This document shows, one piece after another, positions 10,369 through 22,874 of a stretch of 64,000 nucleotides of DNA. The DNA comes from Takakia lepidozioides (taxonomy: Eukaryota; Plantae; Bryophyta), in contig CM060732.1 of assembly GCA_030704615.1 (NCBI GenBank), forward strand, positions 71,052,001 to 71,116,000. Direction: 5' to 3'. The position numbers and the translations under genes were made by a program. The first letter of the stretch is position 1, and each line of letters starts with the position of its first letter. The notes beneath the pieces were generated by a model. The model was given only the letters and a program-made list of their open reading frames with translations. It did not search any database and was not told the DNA's origin.

Positions 10369-13357
10369 TGTCACAGCCGCCAATCAGGATCTGTACCCAG
10401 AACCTCGCCGCCTCCATTGCTATCACCTTAACATCACGCTACCCACCACAGCTTGCAACCCATTCGGGTTCATAAGTATTTAATAACGAAACCGAGATAA
10501 TATGGGGTGGGGAGGATTTGACAGGGGCCCCGCAGGAGGAGCCCAGGTTGCCGGAATCCTGCGAAAGTAATGATCACACGCGTTCTTACATTATTCCTAT
10601 TATCTTCCGTAGAATTGAAGGTATAAATGGAAAGATACTGAATATAATGGAACTCAAGGGAATTTTCTGAAGGGAGCTCAATAGAATGGAGCTCAATGTG
10701 ATAGAATTGAAAGGAATTGAATATAAGCCTCAGTGTGTGATAGAAGGGACAAAACTGAAGGGAACTGAATGTAATGGAGCTCAAGAGATAAATTCCGTAG
10801 GAACTCAACACAACAGAAGCATAGCACGCACCCTAGGAATGAATGGGTAGCAATAGACTGATTACGTTCGAAGTACTGTATATGGATGGACCTGCAAATG
10901 GTTATTTACTGGTGAAGGTATTTCTCTTCACAAGTAGGTCTCCACTGGGAAAGGTACATAAGGAAAAAATATGAATGCCTGGTCTCTTCGTAGGGAGGAG
11001 CCCATCAAGCACAATGTGACATGAAGTGCAACGCAAACCCCTGCCACGCAACTGTCATACCGAAGACTTCACTGAGTACAGGCTCAGTGCTCAATAAGTA
11101 GCTTTATGTCCATTTTTGAGATCTGAGCTAGAAATACGTGAAAGTGGCTCAGGGGCAACAAATGAACTATAAATTTCCCTTTGGTATATCACTTTTCTGC
11201 ATGAAGCTTAGGATCTCTTGGTTTTGGGATCTTTGTCTGGATAGTTTCTCCTTGACATGTCACTCACGTTGTTTCCAAATGCTACCTTCGCTGCAGCGAT
11301 AACTCCTTGGTCACATTCTGGTCACAAAGACGGAAGAGAATGTCATGCGTGGTCTCTTTGCAGCACGTGCCTTCTTAGGCAGCTTGGCATTCTTACTGTT
11401 TTGTGTGATAGGGGTAGAGATCAGAGAGTTTTTTGTAGGGCCAGACATAGAGATTTGTGCAAAGAACTGATGTGTGGTCACTGCAATTCAAAGGACTCGC
11501 AGGAGCAGGGTCCTGCACCACCAAACTCTCCCCTTGACAATGAGGTAGGTCAGCCATTAAACCTCCACGCTGCTTGAGCAAGCTCACGAAACCATCTACA
11601 AGAGCCCAAGCCCCCACAGAAACCACATCCCACAGTCTCGAACAAAGAAACTCATTTAGATAAAATTTAAAAACAATTAAAAGAACAAAATTGACACTGT
11701 CTAGTTTTTTTGGTTTTCTTTTTCTGTCTAGTTTTCTGGGTAAAATCTAAACTGTGAAGAACCGGTTGAAGGATGAATATATACAAGAATATTGAAATAT
11801 AATGATGAATATTCTGACGCAGCAGGGCCGTTACCAGCAGACGCACAGCATGCAAGGAAATGGAAATTGTCGAAAACAAAACCAAAAAACAAATAAAGGA
11901 AATTACAGCGATTCAGGCAGCTCCCAGGAGTGGCGAAACCATGGCGATTGACCTTACCACAATAATGGGGGGCATTAATGAGAAATCCAGCAGCGAGGCA
12001 GCCAATCATGGGCCTGTGCCACTGCCACGTATCTTTGTACCAGCAGCTGCCCCCGCCCCGCACGTGCCACAACTCACGCGTCTGCTCGCTGCCACCCGCC
12101 GTCAACGCACGCGTTTATGGCCGCGCGTCACCGCACTGCTGCGTCCCCTCTGCCACGTTGCCCTAATCCATCTCCATCCCACATTCGTCCACTCTTTGGC
12201 CGGATGTTCATCCACGGCGGTTGACTGATTCATTCGTCAGACTCGCTATCCTCTCGATTATTCATTATTCGCATGCACCGTGGCTTGCATGTCAGATAGG
12301 TCATAAATAGCCTACCTGAGTTTGCTGGTCAACGGCCAACCCGGATCGAACTCACAACCTACAGTCGTGCGTTTCGGTTACGACCCTGGTTAAGTGGTGT
12401 CGGCGTTAATAGTTGACTAATCCCAATTTATGTCGTCGTAAGGACCCGTTTATCAGGCATATTAAATTGTAGCGGGTCAACTCGCCAACCGAGGCGTACT
12501 TAACTTAACTAATCACTTCTCATTACTCCCCCGATTGCACAATCCCTACATTCATTCGCTCCGTAGAGCATCCCCACGACGCACGCTTCTCGTCCCTCGA
12601 TCGTCGTGGTATCGTTCGTTCCCTCGTCCGGTCACGTCCGTTCTTCTCAGTCAAGCGATGAATGTGCTCCCGCCACGTGGCCGACAGCGTTCCCACAGAA
12701 AAGGTCCCGGCGAACCTTACCCGGCATGTAAAGGCCAGGTGCTTTGACCGGTGCAAATCCCGGCTTGCCGCCATCCTTTTCCGGGCCAACGCAACGCGCC
12801 CCGGCGCGTTTCCTCGCCACACGCTTCTCACTCCCTCCTCAGTCAAGCCCCACATTCGTTCCCCGCCTACGACCACGGACGGATGATATCCGTCCATTCG
12901 GATGCGTTCATCGGCTTTATGCTTGGCAGTCAACTCTGTTTATCCTTTCCCCCGACAAGGGCGCACCCATTGACACCCTTTTACATTGTAAATAAAATGG
13001 GCTGTCACCTTATTCCGGGCAATCCTCTCTAGATTGCGTCAAATGATGATGGCAGTTATTAACGGGAAACGGGATCGGGTGGCATTTATCGACACACACA
13101 TTCCGGCATGCACCCCAGAAGCCGAGGATGCCTCGTATCGCGTTCATCCAACGGCCTCCGTCACTTATACGTGGACCACGCCGGGGCCAGGGCGCAGACT
13201 GAGATCGCGGTAACTGGCTTGGGCCGGTGCCCGGCGGTTTGTGCGCGAGCACTGACTGGTGATAGCCGGCGGCGTTGAGCGGCTCACCGGCGGGACCGGT
13301 GGCACCATACGCGCTTACAGGGGCCCCACACTCCAATTCCGCGCCACGGCGGTGACA
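10369..13357. mobile_element. Possible solo-LTR-like or TG...CA-bounded insertion (~3 kb)
   Basis: Starts TGTCACAGCCG and ends CGGCGGTGACA (10/11 inverted match). The interior is non-coding and no matching TSD is present. Confidence 0.35.
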
Positions 13358-15933
13358 TCGGTCCGTTGAACTAGAAAATAAACATAAAAATACTTGGAAA
13401 ATGATAATATATAGTATATGGGCAGCGGGTGGAGTGGATCGCGGGTGGCAGGGAGGGCAGAAAGGACGGGGCCCGGGCGATGGCAGGGCGGTAAAGAGGT
13501 GTCATAAAGGGCGCATTGATGGAGCTCCGCGTTGGCAAATTGGCGGGGGGGGAAACCCGGGGATGTGTTGCCTACAAAGTCAGAGGGTGGAGGCGGGGCG
13601 GGGTTTGACCGGACTTACCGACAGGGGGGGGTGGGGCATGCACCATGACTTTGTCCTTGCTTTCCCCCAAGCAAAGTCAGCTCCCAGTCAGCCCCACTCT
13701 TCACATTCTTCACTCGCTTGCTGCCTCGCTCGCTGGTCTGAATTTGAACTCTGAAGTCCGAGGCGGATTCCAAGGTGGAAGAGGACGACAAGTGCAAGGA
13801 ATTCTTCACTGCCTCGGACTGAGCTTTGGACTGTTTTTAAGTGAGGTTGAAGAGGTCCTGATCCAGTCTGCACTTGTCTTTTGTGATGGAGGGATAAGCT
13901 AGTCCCACTCCTTTGTGTCCTATTCCGGCCTCCTCCCTGTCGTGAGCTTTGGGTAGTGCTGAGATCTTGATTCGTGTTCATCAACGAGCTTTAGACTTCC
14001 AACATCTTCTAAATCTTCTTTGGAGCTTTGAGGCCTGGCAGTTTCATTTTCAGTCTTCGAGTCCAGACTGAGCAGTCTCTCTCTCTCTCCTCTCTTTAAA
14101 ACGTTGCGCTGCCCATCTGGGAATTTAGGTGCCGAGGCGAGGTCTTGCATAGAAAAGAAGCTGAAGGCTTTTCTGGCTTTGCGTTTATGCAGCGTATAGT
14201 CAGCGCATTAAATGCTTACCCAACTATCAGATAACTTGCTTTTGCAGCGGTGGGACTCAGCCACCCTTCAAGCTACGCAGGATTCTTCACAGGAAGAAGA
14301 AGGAGAGGGTGAAGGTAGAGAGGTGGACAGGTAGACTGCACCTTTTTTAAGCTAATTGAATTGACGTTGTCAAAGTTTACCCAAGCAAAGGCATCAAGTC
14401 CAAGCAGGCAAAAGAAGTTTTGAGCGGCATGATCTACAAGTTACCACATGTCTGGTTCAAACTCTAGAATTATCCCTCTCTCCCGAGCTCTCATCCTCCC
14501 ACGCTCCTCCGCCCAAATTTTTAGTGACGCCTCTCGGGCACGTTGCATTTGTCGGGAAGCTCCGACGCAAGGTTGGTGTTGCTGGAGACGGTGGAGTTAA
14601 TAGACAGAGCAAGGGGCACACACAGGCACACAGTTGAAAGCTGTCCACTCCTCCGAACACATCGCGACAATCCTTTGGGTGATCGCTCCCAGTAGAAGCC
14701 CGCAAGGTACATGTCTAACACGAAGTCAATGCATTGTAAGAGCTAGTGCAGTGTGGGACAGTGAGCACGCAAAACATCCAATGCTACAGCCATGGATGCT
14801 CCTGACAAAGCCCTGGAACCCATTTCACCAACGCTGAAAGGACGCTTTGCCGCTCTTGCTTGGGTTGTGTTCCTCTGGTTAGGTACTCTTTGATCATATA
14901 GGATGAAAATGAAGGAAGCCCTGGGCTACACAACTTCTGTTAGTGGGTTTAGGACTCCAGGGCCTTCCAAATATGTCAGCGAGAAATGTACTGGATGACA
15001 CGTCCGAGACATATAGAGAGGAATGGCGCAGGAGAAGGGGGCGATGAAAGAGTAGCAGCTGAGGAGCTTCGCAGATAAAGTAGAAAGTATCACTCAAATT
15101 CGGAGGGTAGTGCACTGAGTCACAGTGAAAACCCGAAGACATCTGTGAGTAACGCAAGGGGCAATGGAGGAAAGGGATCTCAAACAAAGAAGTAGAAGCA
15201 CTGTCATGCTAGAGTAAGACAGCAGGGGGAACAGTGCCTGAGAGTGATGGCTGTGGGCGTGACAGGCACTGGTATATCCACCGCCGTAGCTCAGAGTAGA
15301 TTTGGAGATTTGAGACGCCATGGGTGAGATACCTGTTATGTTTACTACACCAAACTTCTCTCTTTGCCAGTGAATGAACGTGTCGTAATACCGTACGCTT
15401 AGGTACGTTTGAATCACGTACCAAGGATTAAAACATGGCACCATCGTGCTGCCACTGCGTTTCAACACCTTTTTCTTAGAAGTCTCTTGCGCTTCAAGAT
15501 ATGTACAGTTTCCTTCATTCACCGAACTGATTCCGCAGCTTCATATTTGAAGCTGCAAACACTTTTAGGCGATGACTACTGAGGATTGACGCAGAGAGTA
15601 TGTAAGCAATCAGAATCTTTAAAAGTGGTCGTGCAAGAAATAGGAGAAAAGGGTGCTACATTGCTTGCAGGCAGCAAATGTCAGTCTTAGATATTCTTTG
15701 CATGTCACACTGCTGTTTGCCATATGTGTGTGCAGCCACCTTGTGTATAGCTTTGAGAGTGTGACCCTCTCTTGGCTTGCTGCTACATGTTAACTAATTT
15801 TGATTGCTTGCTGCATCCCATGTGTGTAGATCACTCTTGGGAGTGTGCTGGAGTCTCTTGGAGCTTGCCGTCTGCAACCCTGGAGCTCTCACAAGTCCTC
15901 GAGGGGTTTCAAAGAGGGTACCACGCTCCTACT

Positions 15934-18507
15934 ATGTCTGGGCACGAGCATTTCGTGAGGCAAGGGGAGAGTAGCCAAGAGAGTGAGTTTGACAGACTAG
16001 TGCGGTCACTGGGTGAGGATATTTCCAATCCCCAGCTCTCTGCTATTCCTCCCATGCGGGATGTGAATAGCTTCATGGCAAGAGATACAATCTCTGTAAT
16101 TGATAGGCTTTCAATGCCTTCTCCCACAGCCCCATGGCAGAGTTATATGCCTGATCCAATGCAGGCCAGTTCACAGGATTATTTCAGTTCAGGGTCTGGG
16201 TCTTTCTCTCTCCCCACCACCATGCCCACCACCTCTACCTCCTACTTGATGCAGCTTCAAAGGGAGCTGATGTCAGACCCCATACCAGATTTTCAGACTT
16301 CCTGGTTCAACTCAGGGGAATGTACGCCGAGGATCGGACTGCAGGGTGGCCAGCCGCTGACATCACATGTAGAGAGTTTTCAAGAGAACTATATGAGTAC
16401 CTCAACATCTAGGTTTGGGTTATCACATCAACAAGTCCATGCAAGCGCCCGAGAAGGCTCACTCCTTGAAGATTTATTTAAGCAGGCTGGTTCCAACCCC
16501 CTTGTACCTTCCCCTGGGCCTTCACAGTTTCCTCCCCCACAGGGCATGATCATACCAGACTCTCCTTCTCCTGCCAGCATGGGATCTCTGTCTCCAGTGA
16601 ACATGGGTTCTCCCTCCCCATCTGGGACCTACATAAGGTCTCCATCTCCAGCTCATCTCGGTTTAGGATCTGCGGCGTTGCCTGGGACACCAAATTCATC
16701 CATGTCATCAGGTTCTTTCAGTGAAGGGCCTGAGGAGGATGCCAGGCTCCAGAGTCGGCCCCAAATGTCTGAGGTTGCTGGGCCCAGTGGGGCGGGACCT
16801 TGTGCAAGTAGCAGCAAGAGGAAGACATTCGACCGGGCTATGGATGAAAGTGACACATTACAGTCCACTGAGTTGAAGAAACCGTAAGCTCTTGGCCTGT
16901 GTGCTTCTTCTTTTGCTTCTCCTTGATGGGTGGAATTGGGTCTGGCCACAACAAGCTGTGTTGCTACCAGGCTACAGGATTGTGTACACATGTATTATCA
17001 TTTCATCTGTTGCTTTTGTTGTCTATCTCTCTTTGAGCTGGCCTTGGGTGGAGCTCATTTATGAGGATGATCTTTGTGTTCCTTTATAGCCCTCCTTTTC
17101 TAGCTCCCCTTTCCAAGTCTGGACCGAGAATTCCTCATAAAGATGTCATAGAAAGTGAGTGCAAACAGTACCCTACAAGCAGAAACCTCGGATTGTGTGA
17201 GTTTGAAAATGGATGTTTCCAAACAGGTTCTAAGATTCCTTGAGAAATTCACTGAAATCTCATACCGTGTTTCAATCTTGATGCAGATCAAGCAAACCTC
17301 GCAAGAAGGGACCAAAAAGGGTACGTGAACCACGGTATGCCATCCAAACATGGAGTGAAAAGGAGATCATGGAGGATGGATACAAGTGGCGGAAATATGG
17401 ACAGAAAGCTGTGAAAAATAGCCCTCACCCCAGGTCAGTATTCTTCCCCAGAACTCCCTTATGTTTGTTGACCTGTTTAAGTGTTTGTGGATATTTTGTT
17501 ATCTGAGATTTATAATGACTTTACTCTACCCTTCTAGAGCTGTTTCCTAGTAGGTTGATTTTCCTATGTGCCTTCAACAGGGTAGCAAGCCTGCTAAAGT
17601 CACAGCATTGCAGGTCTGAGCCTCAATAGTGTCGAAGATTTTCTTCAGTCTTGTGACACCTCATGCTCCATGTTTGTGGCTTTGCAAGATCTAAGTAGCT
17701 ATGCTGGGATACATTCTCTTGATCTCATATTTGCAATCGCTGCACCTGTGTTAAGCATGGAACCTCACGACATGGACAACTGGCATGTGCAGGAGCTACT
17801 ATAGGTGCACCAACCCAAAGTGCCCTGTTCGAAAGCGGGTTGAACGGTCGCCTGAAGACCAGGGCCTAGTGATCACCACCTATGAGGGGACTCATACTCA
17901 TGTGAGTCCTGCAATGAATCCACGAGGCTCAAACCCCGACATACCAGCCCTACCAGCATCTGGAGAGCACCGTCCGGGGGGTGCTGCCTACCAACCACCC
18001 AGCAGTGTCTTTCCATTCTCACCTCCATCATCCATTCCTGCCATGCGGAGCAGCTTTGACTTGGCTGTGCAAATCCAAGGCCAGAAGGATAGTGGGGCTA
18101 CTAGCTCCCTTCAAGAGGTCTTCACTGGCCCTGCCACTGTCCGAAAGCAAGGATCTCAAGAACCCTCTTTTCTCCGAGGCCAAAGCTCCCAAGATGGGCT
18201 GTCAGAATCTTTGCTCAACTTGCAAGAGAAGCTTCTCAGAGCGCAACACTTGCTTGGAGGGGAAGATCCAGTGCGCCTCCAGGGTGCTGACACTGTAAGT
18301 TCAAGTGGAGGAGCATCAGACCATAGTCAGCTGCTTAGAGGTTTGCAAGATACCTTTTCAGCTGACAACAACTCGGTATTCATTACAGGGCCTGATGGAC
18401 AGTTAACACTGCGTGGCCCTGATTCAAGCCTCAGACCAAATTCTGCATCAGGTGATGAAGGTCTCTTAGAAGACATTGTCAGACCAGGTGCTCGCAGACA
18501 TCATTGA
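15934..18507 (+). CDS. WRKY: WRKY transcription factor, group IIc-type (3 coding exons)
   Basis: Exons 15934-16883, 17287-17433 and 17793-18507 join in frame to [30 protein letters not shown]|[18 protein letters not shown]...TTYEGTHTH (C-X4-C-X23-H-X-H, conserved PR intron). The start codon is inferred. Confidence 0.93.
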
Positions 18508-19253
18508 CATTTCATAGGCCATGCGAAAGTGAAGATTTCCTTCCCAAATATGTAGGGAGTTGTTTGCAAATCTCATCAAAGGTGGGCTCGAACACCATGG
18601 GATGTGTAGGATGACAGTGATCTGGGCTATGTACAGCATCATCCTCGTAGCATCTAAAACGATTCTCACCAGTCAGTGACTTTTTACATGCTTCGGTGGA
18701 TCCAGGTCTACAGATCAAATGCTTATTCTTTATTAGTCAGTGGCTGAATAAGGGGTGCTGATTTTCAGTGCTTTGTCCACAGGATAGTCCACTCTTAACT
18801 TGGAATGGACTGCATATTCTCATATTGTACATGTACTTAAGTCAATTTTGTAAAGAAATACTCGGCTTATCCATGGACACTTGCTATGAAGTGGATAGGA
18901 TTGGAAAAGGTTTAATTAGGGACAGTGTTTGCTGATTCCGATGAACTTGTTATAGCCTGGTGTGTTGATTGCATACACAGCATCTTTATAGCTTACATGC
19001 AGTGTTTCCACAATGGTAGCAATGTCTGCACGGAATCTCAACTACCTCAGCAGTTGGAAACAACTAACAGGGGTGCTGGTAAAAGGGCTTGCAGCACTAG
19101 TTGCAACCTTTCAGTTTTACTTCTAGAAATCAGTGCATTTTGAATCCGTCAGTCCACCGTGCATTGCCAAAAGAGCTTTCAGTCTGTGAATTAGATTGCA
19201 GCTTCTACCGGCAGCAGACATCAGAAAGAGAGTGCACACAATCGGCCTCCATT

Positions 19254-19313
19254 CTGGAAACATTCCCACCATCCAAGCAGCATCTGGAAACATTCCCACC
19301 ATCCAAGCAGCAT
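19254..19313. repeat. 30-bp perfect tandem duplication
   Basis: CTGGAAACATTCCCACCATCCAAGCAGCAT x2. Confidence 0.9.
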
Positions 19314-21114
19314 CTAGGCGTGCTTTAGACCCAATTCCATATCAATATAGTCACTTCACCGTTGCTGGCAATAACTCTGGTGTTTCAGGTTTCATTTGTA
19401 CTAGGCTGCAGTAAAGCCTTTGACACCAAAGAGGGGTACCTAGTACCTACATGGGCGAGGGTCTCAGAATGAGATCTAAACTGACTACGTCAAAAGACTG
19501 GACTGTAGTTTCACATTCAAATCGAGCTGGATGTTAGAAGGCCTTCAGTTGACCAAACCTGGCGAGAGAGAGAGAGAGAGAATTCTTAAGGTCCCCAAGA
19601 GGCCACGAGAGACCAAGGAGTATTTCAAGAAAAGGGGTGGATTCTATCTTCAGATGTCGTCCCAGCAATGGGGAAAAGGAAGGTCCCCTCCGTAATGGGC
19701 GAGACAGCAACCAAGCTTCGTCGTGTACAAGTCTAACAATAGGTGGTCCTAGATCACCTGCATCTATAGGACAGGTGATATTCCATCAAACAGGCCCCTG
19801 CGCCGAGCAATTCACAATCCAGGGATTTAGGAGTTGCGATTCGGTTCTCAGACTGAATGGGTGATGTGGGTGAGGCAGTCGACGCTGGAGCTGAAGAAAC
19901 AATTTTCTTCTGCTCCTCTGGTGTACAGTGAGAGTGTTCAGGTTTGGTGAGGTCACAGTTCGGTATACCACGACGATAAGACAACTACAGTGGGTAGTAC
20001 CTTAACAATCCCATATCTATCTGTAAACAAAAAACACTGGATTGTTCTGTTGCTCTCCGAAACCTGCGCATCTGCCACTCAGCATAGATGCCGTGACTTA
20101 GTCGCTGTACAAAAGACAATCTTTGCGGGTACAGTTCGCATGAGAGTGTTGTCAACTCCACTCATGACAGTCTGTGAAACTCTGCGTGTGCAGAGCTTCC
20201 ATCTTTTTGGGAAAATAGATGCTTAGGATACATTGAATCTACAAGCAAGCGTTTGGACTCTTGGTTTAAGCTCCTTCTCCAGATCTTTCCTTGACATATG
20301 CAAATCATGCTTTCGGGTGTCGTGCAATGAGATGCTCGAAGAGAGAGAGAGAAAGAGAGAGAAAGAGAGAGAGCTCGAAGCTCCTCGTCTCCTCATCAGA
20401 TTCACGGGAGATCAAGACAGCGAAGCAAGGTCGGTGAAGAGGCCAAGAGACTAGTCCTAGGCCCACAGAAAGTGCCGGGATGCTGACCTGCCGAAGTGTC
20501 GGCCGAGAATACAGCGGGTCAGGCTCCGGAAGGGAAACTCGGCCGCGGCCACAGTGACCGGTAGCAGCCGGTGCAGGGCGGGGTGCAATAATTAGGGCAG
20601 TGTCATGATGATGTGTCAAATGTCGCCCCCTGCTGTTCTTGTTAAACCCCGGGGGTGAAAGGATGAGAGGATCCAGGCTGGATGGATGACAAAAGTACGG
20701 CAGCAGGCGGCGTTAAAAGCCGTTTCTTCTTCTGGCACCGTTGACTTACGCCATTACTATTTTTCTCTCTGCCAACCCTAACCTGGCCATGGTTAGGTCA
20801 GGATGACCTAACCTAACCAGCGGAGAAATCTCACTTCACTTTCCCGCGTGTGTAACATGAGATTGTCCACGTCATATTAATGAGAGGTTGTGGGTTCAAA
20901 GCCACAACCGTGTACATTGTTGTCACGTCCTAAGTTTGTTTATCGGCTTCTCTTTATTTTAAAGTGGAGACGTGAAGACCACGCACGAGTGTAAAAATGA
21001 CGTTCCCTTTTGAAAAAAAAAGAAGAAACAAAAAAAGGCTAAGCCCTGGTTGTGCAAAAATGAATGGATGAATTTTCAAGTTTATTATGGATGGGTTCTG
21101 TTGCCTTGTGTCAG

Positions 21115-22205
21115 ATTTGGAAGGAAATCTGACGCAAAGATAGAGCTTCCAAGCTCTCGGCCTTTCTATGGAAAATTGCGCATCGTATTCTATCAGTCAA
21201 GGTATTCATGAGAACTGATAATGTGGACTATGATCTGTGCTCAGGAAACCAGGAAACCCTGGAACATTGCCTGGTTGCTTGTCCTTTGGCAAAGAGAGTC
21301 TGGTCCTTGGTCATCAGTTTCTATTCGAACTGGGAATCTCTTCCCTCTCCTACCCCTCCCCCCCTCTTTTTTCTTACTTGTGGGCAGGGTAGGAGTATGC
21401 TTAAATGCCCGGTGTGGGGTTGTTTGTCATGCCATGTGGGCAATCTGGAAGGCCAGATGTGCCTGGATTTTTCAGGGAAAATCCCCCAGTCTTAGGTCCA
21501 TTCTGTTTAATGTATATATAGACCTGAGAACTGAGGGGAGGAAAGCCTGGCTGGCTTTGTGTGCAGCTCTTCCCCGAGCTTCAGAACGGCGCAAGGCGAA
21601 GCTTCTCAAAGAGGTTTGATATCTCCTGGTGCAAGAATGGCCTCCTCGGCACCAGAGAGTCCGACACAAGAATGCGCTGGAAAGACACCTTCCCCCCCCA
21701 ATGGGAAATCTCCGGTTGATGGGGAGGAGTCTGACTTCAATTGGAGGCACAAGCGCGCTAGGGATTCTAAATCCAGGGCTCACCTCGTTTCAAGGCTCTG
21801 TTGTTTTCAGGCACTGCTGTTATATGCTGTGCTGGCTGTAGGTAGGGTATTTTCCGCTTTTAGGCTCGCCTGCTCGTTGACTTGGCAGTGCTGATTGTTG
21901 GTTGGCCTCTTGCTATCCGCTTTCAGCTTCTGCTCTAGCTTTTGTTTCCAGGCTCGCAGCTCATCACCGCGCATCTACTTTATCTGGGCTCTGCGGTGCT
22001 TCTTGCTCTTTCATGGCCTCTCATTCAGACATTTCTCTTTCCTTCTCTTGGTCTCTAGGAATTATGGTCACGGGGTGGTATCCCCCCGGTAAGCCTTCAC
22101 GCCCCAGGGTGGTTATTTTTTCCACTTCATTGTACCTTCATCCATCCTTTAATAAATTTCCAGGGCCTCTGTCCCTGTTCTGTAAAATCATAATAATAAT
22201 AAAAT
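21115..22205 (+). mobile_element. 5'-truncated L1-type LINE (zf-RVT region + 3' UTR)
   Basis: FLWKIAHRIL...C..NQETLEHCLVACPLAKRVW and, frameshifted, MWAIWKARCAWIFQG. AATAAA at ~22151 is followed by an (ATA)n/A-rich tail. Confidence 0.8.
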
Positions 22206-22874
22206 GTAATTTTTAATAATTAGGAGAGAAGAAATATTTATTTTTTTATTTTTTATTTTTTGAGGGGAAAAAAATAAAACCCCTTTTGCACCATGAGGGC
22301 TACACACTGTAGTCAGTGAAGGGAGATCCATTGCCTGCTGCTAAAGTGCAGCAGTGTGCTCAAAGAGAGCGAACCTCTCAGAGCAACCTAGCCCTGTCCC
22401 AGAGACTTCCAAAAAGTTAAGCCTGCAGATGAGATTATCGAGGTGCTAGTCTACAACTACACTTAACGAAAATTTAGCCTGGAAGTAGTGGCGGGGTGCT
22501 TGACGTGTTTCCAGTTCACGTCTCTCTCAAATGTCGACGACAACAATCTTGTGACAATGTCGACGACAACAATCTTGCAAAGTCAAGATTCCATCCGTTG
22601 CCCAACCCAATGGTAATGACATTGTCAAGTCGATACAAGTCCTTGGAGCTCACGTACGTAGCTTGAGAACTGCTCTTGGATTCCATTCAGAACTTTGGGA
22701 CTTATTCAGAATAGTTTTGGAGCAAATAGGCAAAAATTTGAAAAATTACCAAACCGCATTAGGCACTTTGGGCTCGAATTAATTATTGCCTAACTGGCTA
22801 TAGGGGTCCAGTAATAGGTGGAGCTGCTATCCTCTCCTGCTGCATCTCTTTTCTTACATGTCTACAGTGTTGTT

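Noticed and set aside
12340-12362. tRNA gene (B-box-like GTTCGATCC on the minus strand; similar motifs at ~20890 and ~55357)
   Set aside because: No cloverleaf or convincing A-box; at most decayed SINE heads.
14361-14373. Inverted W-box pair TTGACGTTGTCAA upstream of WRKY
   Set aside because: Neither half matches TTGAC(C/T), so autoregulation cannot be supported.
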